From NCBI GenBank assembly GCA_046483305.1, contig JAWODM010000014.1:1-64000 (forward strand): a stretch of 64,000 bases of DNA. Reading direction: 5' to 3'. The DNA is from Candidatus Krumholzibacteriales bacterium (GTDB lineage Bacteria > Krumholzibacteriota > Krumholzibacteriia > Krumholzibacteriales > WJIX01). A model generated the notes under the pieces. That model was not told the DNA's origin, ran no database searches, and worked only from the letters and a program-made list of their open reading frames with translations. This document shows, piece by piece, positions 35,355-43,848 of this stretch; within the stretch, counting starts at the first letter, position 1; every line of letters starts with the position of its first letter. The position numbers and the translations under genes were made by a program.

Positions 35355-35407
35355 TAACTGTCAATATGGCACTATTACCTCATTCAATAGTGCCACCATG
35401 ACAGTTA
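35355..35407. repeat. 53-bp interrupted palindrome upstream of clpB (activator site or terminator)
   Basis: TAACTGTCA-ATA-TGGCACTATT-N9-AATAGTGCCA-CCA-TGACAGTTA. Confidence 0.75.
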
Positions 35408-37246
35408 TTGCTTCCTTATCTGATCGGAATTAAAGATAGCGGGAAGGTGATATATCGCCTTAACCAGGTTTACTTCATCTTCGGAGGCGTGGTCGACATC
35501 GGGCCTGGTCAGGCCGATCATGATGTGCCCCGAATCCACACTGTGATACAGTCCGATGATATGACCGAATTCATGCACATAGACCACATGCCGGTTGGAT
35601 TTTCTGTTTGCCGCGATCTTCCGGTAATAGATATAGACTCTCTTTTTCGCCGGTGTTCCGTCCGGATTCAGCTCCATGACCTCAACGTGGTGGTTCTTAT
35701 AATCCTCGCTGTAATCATAATAGACATATACATCCGCTTCCTCGACACTGTCCACAAACTCGAAAAGGTCCAGTCCAGTATACTCTTCCCATTCCTGCAT
35801 GCCATCGCTGCATTCCTGCTGCAGGTCAAGAGTATCTGTCACGTCCGGTGAAGGATTGTATACTTTCAGCGGCCAGTGACTCCAACCCTTATAGATGCTG
35901 GTTCCGAACAGGCCTTCAGTGTTGGTCATATCCTTGAACATATCAAGGAAATCATGGTACCGGTCATCCCGCATGGAAACCAGCGGGATATTGGGTACCA
36001 GGTAAAAGTCGATATTCAGATCGCTTCCAAGCATCCCGTATTCATAAAAATAATCGTAGTAATCCCCAATTTCACTTCCATTTTCATCCAGCGCGTGCAT
36101 TACCAGATACTGAATACGGTTGTCAAGGTTCTCGTAATATCCCTCCGCCGATGAAGTGTCCACTGTGGTATTACCTATCTTGACCAGGGCGCCCTCTACA
36201 CCTTCGCCCGTTCCGGCATCTACTACCCGCCCCACTATATCAAATCCGCGAACCTGCAGATGGGGAGAAATCCCGCATATTGAGGACCTGTTCAGAAAAT
36301 CATCCACGGCCTTAACGTACACATAGACTCGCTCTCCCGGTTCCAGTCCGGATATCACCATTGAATCCCTCTCACCTGCATATGAAGGCATGGGCGCCCC
36401 GGACTGCTGACTGGCATTGGCCCAGTCCTCCTCTGAATCTATCCTGACCGTTGATGTCCTTACATCGTAGTATGAAGCCCGGGTCCCCGGATCATTGCCG
36501 TCATCTCCGACGGCGGTCCATTCTATAATCACCGTTCCCTTTGCTTCGCCGGTTCTGCCGGTAAGGTCATCTATACAGGCCGGGGCCAGGGTATCCGGCG
36601 TACCGGTAGCATGTATTTCCCATGCGAGAGTATCCGAGTATTCACTATCCCATACCACCGCATAAATATAGTACTTGCCGTTCTCCATAAATCTGTGGGT
36701 AAGAGACCTGCTCTCTACCAGCATGGAATCTCCCAGAAGGTATTTATATCGCAGGTCTTCCGGGTGGTCGTCAATCACCCTGGTGATTCCGAACTCGAGC
36801 GTATCTGCCAGGGAGCACTGGATCAGTTGCGAATGGGGATAATAATCAACAATTTCGTGAGGCTCGTTCTCGCGCCTCTTGACATTCAGAAACCAGTTCA
36901 CTGAAGTGTACCCCTCGGAGTCGTGAATCCGGCCCTCCACATTATACAATCCGGGGCTATCGTCGGCGCTGAAATTAAAGGAATTTGAATTACAAAGGAT
37001 AGAATCCTGTCCTCCGGGGAGATTTACGATGGCAAAGGAGTAATGAACGTCCTCTCCCTCGGGGTCAACGCCCTCTATATAAAGATCCACCGAACTTCCC
37101 GGGATTATGACCTCCTGCATCTTCTCAGGTGGGAAATACCCGGTGACCACCGGAAGTTTATTGGGCCTCAGCGGGTCGTTCTGAAAAATGCAGGAACTGA
37201 TAAGCAAGAGAACGGCTATGGCAAGTGATGCTTTTCTGTATTTCAT
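35405..37246 (-). CDS. Lipoprotein with Ig/FN3-like domains and C-terminal metzincin (M10/matrixin-like) zinc peptidase
   Basis: Lipobox ISS-C. DTLAPACIDDL...WTAVGDDG FN3-like domain, GRVVDAGTGEGVEGA carboxypeptidase-regulatory-like domain, HEFGHIIGLYH plus Met-turn HIM. Confidence 0.85.
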   Translation of the reverse strand: MKYRKASLAIAVLLLISSCIFQNDPLRPNKLPVVTGYFPPEKMQEVIIPGSSVDLYIEGVDPEGEDVHYSFAIVNLPGGQDSILCNSNSFNFSADDSPGLYNVEGRIHDSEGYTSVNWFLNVKRRENEPHEIVDYYPHSQLIQCSLADTLEFGITRVIDDHPEDLRYKYLLGDSMLVESRSLTHRFMENGKYYIYAVVWDSEYSDTLAWEIHATGTPDTLAPACIDDLTGRTGEAKGTVIIEWTAVGDDGNDPGTRASYYDVRTSTVRIDSEEDWANASQQSGAPMPSYAGERDSMVISGLEPGERVYVYVKAVDDFLNRSSICGISPHLQVRGFDIVGRVVDAGTGEGVEGALVKIGNTTVDTSSAEGYYENLDNRIQYLVMHALDENGSEIGDYYDYFYEYGMLGSDLNIDFYLVPNIPLVSMRDDRYHDFLDMFKDMTNTEGLFGTSIYKGWSHWPLKVYNPSPDVTDTLDLQQECSDGMQEWEEYTGLDLFEFVDSVEEADVYVYYDYSEDYKNHHVEVMELNPDGTPAKKRVYIYYRKIAANRKSNRHVVYVHEFGHIIGLYHSVDSGHIMIGLTRPDVDHASEDEVNLVKAIYHLPAIFNSDQIRKQ

Positions 37247-37331
37247 AATGACCACCTTACGCAGCGGGGTCACTTATATTATAATACATGTGATAGTGAA
37301 TATGGAAAAATTTTGGGAGAAATCAGATTTT

Positions 37332-37643
37332 TTACGGCCGGTTCCCCCATGAAGCTGACTCCAGAAAGTGGGACAGAGATATATCGACAGCTTTTATCAA
37401 CCCTTCCCGGCCGGTTACCCTGATATCAACCACTCCCCCGCCCGGCGAAACGATGAAAAGCTCCCTGTAGACGGACACCTTTATATCCAGGCCCCTTCCG
37501 TTGCGGAATCTTACATCGAAAAGCCCGGCGTCATGAGTAACTTCAGGAGAAAGATTCATTGTCTCCCTGCAGAAATTGTAAAAAAGGCCGCGCAGATAAT
37601 CCTTTTCTATAATCATTCCCAGTGATTTAATCTCTTTATCCAT
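37332..37643 (-). CDS. Hypothetical protein (third gene of the ParA-CBM48 operon)
   Basis: 103-aa ORF starting 3 nt after the upstream stop. No family recognised. Confidence 0.65.
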   Translation of the reverse strand: MDKEIKSLGMIIEKDYLRGLFYNFCRETMNLSPEVTHDAGLFDVRFRNGRGLDIKVSVYRELFIVSPGGGVVDIRVTGREGLIKAVDISLSHFLESASWGNRP

Positions 37644-37646
37644 AAT

Positions 37647-38444
37647 CTACCCGGCCGCTGTCTCTCCATTTTCCCTCAGACCGGCACTTATCCTCTGCAA
37701 CACCTCGTTCATGAAAGATATGAACGACCCGCCGGAGGGAGGTTTCTTCATTTCCGGTTTAAATTCCTTCATTTCCGGGAGAGGTATGGTCTCGATTCCG
37801 GCTACCCTGTCATCATCAGGACCAGGCCTCCCCGCCACGAATATACTGGCAGCCGGAACGAATTCTTTTATTCTCTTCAGCAGATGCCCGGCATCCTCTT
37901 CCGGTCGGCGATTTATGATAATCAATGCATCGGGATCCGCGCAGGAACTTTTATTCCGGAGTGAATACATCGAACTCCGTTCAGCGATACTCTCCAGGGG
38001 GGCGGGTTCCCTCCCCGAACTGTAACTGAAAGCGTTAATTATAAAGTGCGGGGCGGAGCTGAAGATGAAACTGTCTTCGAACGGTTTCAGAAAAGAACTT
38101 TCGGTGGAGCAGGCAAACCTCAGAAGGGGTGAAATCATTTCATTTATGCAGGTTCCTCTGTCCACCCATGGCATCAGGTACCTGCCCGGGTCCAAGGCGA
38201 AGTAATATCCCGAATTCGGCAGGCCCTTTCCCACCTCAATCAGCGTAACCGGGCTGCTGCGCCCGGCTATGAACGAAGAGATTCCACTGGCGAATAAAGC
38301 CCTGGATGGCGAACCCTCAGGAAAAATCAGCCATATTACATATTCGGGGAAAGCTGTACCGGAAACCCTTTCCCTATCGCCTCCGGACAGAAAAAGGTGA
38401 ATATAATTACTCAGTTCTGATGGCTGCCTGTCATCTGCTGGCAT
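37647..38444 (-). CDS. Hypothetical protein, possibly a degenerate ParA/MinD-like fold
   Basis: Starts 2 nt after the ParA stop. VIWLIFPEGSPSRALFASGISSFIAGRSSPVTLIEVGKGLPN follows the MinD/ParA strand-helix-strand pattern but lacks GKT. Confidence 0.6.
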   Translation of the reverse strand: MPADDRQPSELSNYIHLFLSGGDRERVSGTAFPEYVIWLIFPEGSPSRALFASGISSFIAGRSSPVTLIEVGKGLPNSGYYFALDPGRYLMPWVDRGTCINEMISPLLRFACSTESSFLKPFEDSFIFSSAPHFIINAFSYSSGREPAPLESIAERSSMYSLRNKSSCADPDALIIINRRPEEDAGHLLKRIKEFVPAASIFVAGRPGPDDDRVAGIETIPLPEMKEFKPEMKKPPSGGSFISFMNEVLQRISAGLRENGETAAG

Positions 38445-38446
38445 AT

Positions 38447-39514
38447 CTATACGACTAGAAGTGAGTTCTCCTGACCAAATTCATTCATTATGGTATCTCT
38501 GTTTCTGGGATCCTTTATCCAGACCCCGTCCACAATGAATCTGTATTCATACTCTCCGGGGCCCAGATACATGGTAGTCTTCCAGAGGCCGTCATCCCGG
38601 TCTTTTTCCATCCTTATGCTGTCCGGTGACCAGTTTACGAATTCTCCGGTCAGAAATACGCATTCAGCGCCGGGAGCATCTATCGAGAAAATAACCCCCT
38701 CCTCCACAACCTTGGGCCCGTGAAGGCGGGTCATCCATCCTCGCACATCCTCTATGTCCAGATGGGCGTCTTTCTCTTCTAACTCCCTTGCCAATTGGAT
38801 GAATTCTCCATGCAGCCGTTCTGCCTCCTTTACCTCGAAGATCGGCACCCCCATCAGGGCGGCTGACTTAAGATAGACTGAATGGCTGATAAAACTCTCC
38901 ATCAGGTGCAGGTCGTAATCTCTTTCCAGCTGCCTGGCAAAATCCCTTGAAAATTTGGTTCTCCGGTCCAGATTGTTGATGAGGATGTGTTTTACAAGAA
39001 CATGTTCGGTTTCATTCTGGAGAAGTTCAACCGTTTCCATAAGCCTCTCCAGGCCGTTCAACGAAAAGTAACTCGGCTCCACCGGAATAAGAACCTCTTT
39101 TGAAGCGATCAGGGTATTGAATGTAAGCAGCCCGATATTGGGGGGCGAATCAATAATAACAAAATCGTACTTTTCATGATGCCTGGCAAGTTTGGAACCG
39201 AGCCTGAATTCCTTGCCGTTCACTCCGGAAAGCTGCTGCTCCAGAGCGCTGAGAACGGGGGTCGAAGCAACCAGGTGAAATCCATCGCAGTACTCACACA
39301 CCGCCTCGGAAAGCTTGACTTTCGGATAGGCCAGCAGGTCGTAAGTTGTCTTTTCTTTTATTTTTATGTTAAGCCCAAGAGATGCGTGAGCCTGCGGGTC
39401 CATATCGATCAACAGCACATTGTTGCCCCGCAACCTTAACGCCGCGGCCAGATTGATAGACACAGTAGTTTTGCCGCATCCACCCTTTTGATTAACTACT
39501 GAGATCACTCTCAT
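38447..39514 (-). CDS. ParA/Soj-family ATPase fused to C-terminal AMPK-beta/CBM48-like glycogen-binding domain
   Basis: MRVISVVNQKGGCGKTT, LIDMDPQAHAS, IIDSPP. C-terminus FSIDAPGAECVFLTGEFVNWS...GLWKTTMYLGPGEYEYRFIVDGVWIKDPRN...NEFGQENS. RBS AAGGAG before ATG 39514. Confidence 0.9.
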   Translation of the reverse strand: MRVISVVNQKGGCGKTTVSINLAAALRLRGNNVLLIDMDPQAHASLGLNIKIKEKTTYDLLAYPKVKLSEAVCEYCDGFHLVASTPVLSALEQQLSGVNGKEFRLGSKLARHHEKYDFVIIDSPPNIGLLTFNTLIASKEVLIPVEPSYFSLNGLERLMETVELLQNETEHVLVKHILINNLDRRTKFSRDFARQLERDYDLHLMESFISHSVYLKSAALMGVPIFEVKEAERLHGEFIQLARELEEKDAHLDIEDVRGWMTRLHGPKVVEEGVIFSIDAPGAECVFLTGEFVNWSPDSIRMEKDRDDGLWKTTMYLGPGEYEYRFIVDGVWIKDPRNRDTIMNEFGQENSLLVV

Positions 39515-39759
39515 TTTATCTCCTTCGGCTGTCCGTACAATCAGATCAATGACAAAAAATAAAACAGGGCCGCTATTCCCCTGGATACGGCCCGCAATTA
39601 AACCTATAATCATTTATTAGCATTTTACTGATATCTGTTGTTGTTAAAAAACTCCGGGGTTCCTTATCAAATCCTTTCTTCTGAAAAAACAACTGCCTCT
39701 TCACACCTGATTGCATTTTCCCAGTTAAAAATAAACCCTGTCAAGCCTTTTTTAGATTT

Positions 39760-40185
39760 TCAGAAAAAAACAATAAGAGCCACCAGAAGGCCCAGCGCGA
39801 AACCTCCAAGCACTTCTGCCCAGGTGTGGCCGATAAGCTCCCTCAGCTCACTGGCATCCAGATGGTGAGTTTTACTGACCTTGTCAATTATCTCGTTAAG
39901 GACCTTTGCCTGCTTGCCTACCTCCTGCCGGAGCCCGGTTGCCTCAAAGATAAAGTAGAGGCTGAAAATCAGTGTTATCCCGAAGAGTACCGAATTGACA
40001 CCCCGGTATACCCCTACCCCCACGGTCAAAGTGGTCACCAGGGCTGTATGCGAACTGGGCATACCGCCGGTATCCAGTATGCGAAGGAATCTGAACTCGC
40101 CTTCCTGCAGAAAGTGGACGACCGGTTTGAACACCTGGGCGGTAACCACACTTATCAGAGCTGCTATTCCGACAATATGAATCAA
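39760..40185 (-). CDS. Divergent PAP2 family protein (DUF212-type)
   Basis: AQVFK, TGGMPSSHTA, ATGLRQEVGKQA, LRELIGHT. Confidence 0.9.
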   Translation of the reverse strand: MIHIVGIAALISVVTAQVFKPVVHFLQEGEFRFLRILDTGGMPSSHTALVTTLTVGVGVYRGVNSVLFGITLIFSLYFIFEATGLRQEVGKQAKVLNEIIDKVSKTHHLDASELRELIGHTWAEVLGGFALGLLVALIVFF

Positions 40186-40226
40186 ACTGCGTTCTCCTTA
40201 AATATGACCCGGCCGGAGAGGGTGAT

Positions 40227-41831
40227 TTAATTCTGATCCTTCCGGTACCATTCGTGCAGATTATGATAACAGCTGATCGCATCCGGTTCGGCCCCGCCGA
40301 ACTTCCTGTTCAGAACGAATATGGTATGCGAGAAATAAAGGAAGGTATAGGGCTGTTCATAATAAATTATTTCCTGAGCCTTTCGGAACAGAGGCCTGGC
40401 TTCCTCGAAATCAAGTGTGCTGGCGGCCAGTTCATTCAGGCTGTCCACGGTGGTGTTGCAGTAATCCACCCGGTTGTAACCGCCTTTCTTTCTGGCATCA
40501 CAACTCCAGATCGGGGCGAGGTCCGCCTTGGTTCCGGTGCGCCAGGCAGTGATAATAGCTTCAAAATCAGATGACTTGTGCTTATTCAGCATAACTGTCC
40601 ATTCCAGCTGAACCGGATTGGCTTTTATCCCCACCTTCCTCAGCATCTCCTGCACCATAACCTGTATATCGGCCCTGACCTGGCTGCCGTGATTGGTAAG
40701 AAGCTCAAACTCGAACCTCTCTCCCCCCCGGTCCAGGAATCCGTCTCCGTCCGTATCGGAGAATCCTTCCGCCCTGAGTATCTCCAGAGCTCTGTCAGGG
40801 TCATAGGGAAGAGGTTCAATATCCGGATTGTAAGCCCATATCAGCGGGATGAAAGGGCTCACACATTCCTCCGCATAACCGTATTTGGCGTTCTCGATAA
40901 TCTTCTTTCTGTCTATCGCCATGGTAAGAGCCCTTCTTACCTGAACGGAGCCGAAAGGTTCCACCGCCCCGTTCCAACCTATATAGTTGTAACCCCTGCC
41001 CAGAAAATCGAAAATCCTGAGTTCCGGGTTATCTCGGATTATGTTGTCAATCTGGTCCTCCGGGACCGCCTCCATGCAATCCACCTCTCCGTCTCTCAGC
41101 TGGGTAACCAAAGTTACCTGGTCGGGGATAATCTTGAAAATTACCCTGCTGAGACGCGGCTTACCCTCTTCATAATACAGGGGGTTTGCTTTCAGTACCA
41201 GTTTCTGCCCCTTTTCCCACTTCTCAATCATAAAGGGGCCGGTGACCGGGAATCGCTCGACCGGAACCTGCCCCAGTTCCCGGTGAGGTATATCCTTTAT
41301 TATATGGGCGGGAAGTATGGGGCCGTCGCGGGTGTCCATCACCTGATAGGGATATACCCTGTTGAAGTGATACACTACGGTATGATCGTCTATCGCCTCG
41401 ACACTGTCTATGTGTTCCTTGAGGTGCCGGCCGCTCCAGCCGGTCGCGGGGTCTTTCTGAGCCCGGAAGGTTTCCAGTATATCCCTGGATGTGAATTCAA
41501 CCCCGTCGCTCCAGTAAACGTCCTCCCTGAGTTTAAAGGTAAGTTTTTTCCGGTCTTCCGAGAATTCATATGAAGTGGCAAGCCTGGGCTGGAAAGTCAT
41601 GAAATCATCATTCTCGTCAAGAAGGGGTAAAAACATCTGCTCATATATATCCCGGGCGTGAGCATCCGTGGTACTCATCGGATTGAGCCCTTCATAGTTA
41701 CTCATCTCTCCAACTATCAGGGTTCCCTCCCTTATCACGCCCTCCTTCTCCCCGGAACACGAGAAGCCGGCAGCAGCGGCGGAAACAGCAATAAGTATTA
41801 TCAGATACCTGAAATATTCAGACTTAAACAT
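40227..41831 (-). CDS. ABC transporter substrate-binding lipoprotein, family 5 (peptide/nickel)
   Basis: Lipobox GFS-C. FKLREDVYWSDG, TGPF, VRRALTMAIDR, YDPDRALEIL. No permease or ATPase genes adjacent. Confidence 0.92.
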   Translation of the reverse strand: MFKSEYFRYLIILIAVSAAAAGFSCSGEKEGVIREGTLIVGEMSNYEGLNPMSTTDAHARDIYEQMFLPLLDENDDFMTFQPRLATSYEFSEDRKKLTFKLREDVYWSDGVEFTSRDILETFRAQKDPATGWSGRHLKEHIDSVEAIDDHTVVYHFNRVYPYQVMDTRDGPILPAHIIKDIPHRELGQVPVERFPVTGPFMIEKWEKGQKLVLKANPLYYEEGKPRLSRVIFKIIPDQVTLVTQLRDGEVDCMEAVPEDQIDNIIRDNPELRIFDFLGRGYNYIGWNGAVEPFGSVQVRRALTMAIDRKKIIENAKYGYAEECVSPFIPLIWAYNPDIEPLPYDPDRALEILRAEGFSDTDGDGFLDRGGERFEFELLTNHGSQVRADIQVMVQEMLRKVGIKANPVQLEWTVMLNKHKSSDFEAIITAWRTGTKADLAPIWSCDARKKGGYNRVDYCNTTVDSLNELAASTLDFEEARPLFRKAQEIIYYEQPYTFLYFSHTIFVLNRKFGGAEPDAISCYHNLHEWYRKDQN

Positions 41832-42082
41832 TATCCACTCCTTTACGCGCCCTGTAGACTAAAAAATTAACCGCAGGGGGACAAAATTCCATCCAAACAT
41901 TATTTTAATTGATTACTCCCGATATCCCAAATAAATAATTCAGGCCGGGGGCTGAAACAGGGCATCTTCTGGAATTATCCGGTTGAGTGGCATGGATATT
42001 GTTTGTTACTCTGGTAAAGAGTGCCGGCCTGGATGAAACCGGGTAATTTTTTTCCATTGACCGTTAGAAAAGGGGGCAAAAG

Positions 42083-43756
42083 ATGAAAAAGAGAATTTTT
42101 TATCTAATCTCAATTCTTTCATTGGTAACCTTATACGCCTGCAGTGATAATGAGTCAGACACTCCTGAAGCGCCTGAAACGGACAGCGATCCTCCCGGCA
42201 TATCAGCCACATTCCCGGCGGACAGCGCGGCAGATGTAACAAGATCCGGGCCCTTCTGGGTGCTGTTCGACGAGGAAATGAATCATAACTCGGCCGAAGA
42301 CAGCTGCACGTTCATTCCCGAAGTGGGAACGGTCAGCTATTCAAATTACTGGAGCGGGGACACAATGTTCTTTGCCCCCGATGAAATTCTGGCCGGCGGA
42401 ACCAGCCACCTTATTACCATAGGGGCAGGAAGCAGGGATATCGCCGGTAACAGGATGGGCACGCCCTATGAACTGTTCTTTACTACTACCAGCGACGAAG
42501 ACACCGATCCTCCCTACGTGGTTTCAACCGATCCCGCGAACGGAGCCACCGGCGTCACCCCTTCAACCGATATAGAGATAATATTCAGCGAGCCGATCAA
42601 GGTTTCTTCATATGACTGGGATACTCAGACTTTCTTCGCTATCATACCGGATTACCCGGCGGAAGGTAATATACGTACGGAAGGGAATAAACTGATTCTG
42701 GATGGAGTTCAGCTGGCTCAGGATACCCAGATCCAAATCAGTATCATGGAAATAACCGATCTGGCTGGGAACCCGATGGTCCCCATGTACACCTTCAGCT
42801 TCGAGACAGCCGCGGACAACACCAGGCCGTACCTGATCGGCTCCGTTCCGGCAAACGGAGCGCAGGGGGTTTCCACGCCGATCAGCGGGATCGAACTGGC
42901 CTTCAGCGAACCGATGAACACTGACCTGGAGCCTGACAGCGTGGACGCCAGGGTAATGAACGCGGTAATGGCCAGCGGCTCGGAACCGGTATGGAATCCA
43001 ACCGACAGCCTCATGCAGGTACCCCTTTACAGCGGGGTCATAGGGTCCGGGGCTACCTACTGGGTTTATTTTGGTAATTCGGCCACCGACAAAGCCGGCA
43101 ATATAATAGATCCCAATCCGACTTATTACAGGTTTACCACTTCCGGTGCGGTTGATTACTACCCCATAGTGGAAAATCTCCCCTGGCACTTCAAGTGCAC
43201 CGACAGTATCCCGGCCTACTGGTACACGAACAGGCATATCGATAACTATGACCCGTCTGACGGCAGTTTTGATCTGATAACCATGGATATAAACATGATC
43301 GCCGACACTTCTGATGTGTGGCATATGAGGAAAACCGGTTCCTCCCTGTGGTTCATCAGCCGGAAAGAGTACGAAGACGGGGTCTACCGGGAGACCTGGA
43401 CATGGGATTCGCCGATAGAGTATATCAGGCTCCCCATGGAGGATCACCTGGGCGAATCATGGAATTTCGCGACTACCTTTAATGCGGGTGGAGAGACTGC
43501 GGATATCTCGGGTACCATTACCATGGGAGATCAACTCATAACCATGCCCGGTGAGGGTTATATATCTCGGGGAATCTTCATGGATTGTATATCGCACCGG
43601 CTCGAGGTTGATATCAGCGCCGGAGAAATGAACATGTCACTGGTGGAGAGGAAATGGTTTGCGCCTGCCTTCGGATGTTTCAAATCGATAAGCGAAGAGG
43701 CGGGCCGGGATACCACAAGCTGCGAGCTGCTCTACTGGGGCCCCGACATGGAATAA
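42083..43756 (+). CDS. Lipoprotein with three bacterial Ig-like (Big_5-type) domains
   Basis: Lipobox LYA-C. Three repeats of D..PP......PA.GA..V......F.E.M...D.AGN.....F.T. Confidence 0.88.
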   Translation: MKKRIFYLISILSLVTLYACSDNESDTPEAPETDSDPPGISATFPADSAADVTRSGPFWVLFDEEMNHNSAEDSCTFIPEVGTVSYSNYWSGDTMFFAPDEILAGGTSHLITIGAGSRDIAGNRMGTPYELFFTTTSDEDTDPPYVVSTDPANGATGVTPSTDIEIIFSEPIKVSSYDWDTQTFFAIIPDYPAEGNIRTEGNKLILDGVQLAQDTQIQISIMEITDLAGNPMVPMYTFSFETAADNTRPYLIGSVPANGAQGVSTPISGIELAFSEPMNTDLEPDSVDARVMNAVMASGSEPVWNPTDSLMQVPLYSGVIGSGATYWVYFGNSATDKAGNIIDPNPTYYRFTTSGAVDYYPIVENLPWHFKCTDSIPAYWYTNRHIDNYDPSDGSFDLITMDINMIADTSDVWHMRKTGSSLWFISRKEYEDGVYRETWTWDSPIEYIRLPMEDHLGESWNFATTFNAGGETADISGTITMGDQLITMPGEGYISRGIFMDCISHRLEVDISAGEMNMSLVERKWFAPAFGCFKSISEEAGRDTTSCELLYWGPDME

Positions 43757-43767
43757 CCTGAAATCCT

Positions 43768-43800
43768 GGGCCGGCCACTTGTTGGCCGGCCCTTTTTTTT
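43768..43800 (+). terminator. Rho-independent terminator
   Basis: GGGCCGGCCA-CTTGT-TGGCCGGCCC followed by T8. Confidence 0.9.
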
Positions 43801-43848
43801 ATGGACTTTCAACCAGCCTGATGATAAACAGAATTATTGTGATTATGA

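Noticed and set aside
35367..35395. Canonical CIRCE element before clpB
   Set aside because: Arm sequence and core spacing deviate from TTAGCACTC-N9-GAGTGCTAA. Kept only as an unexplained palindrome.
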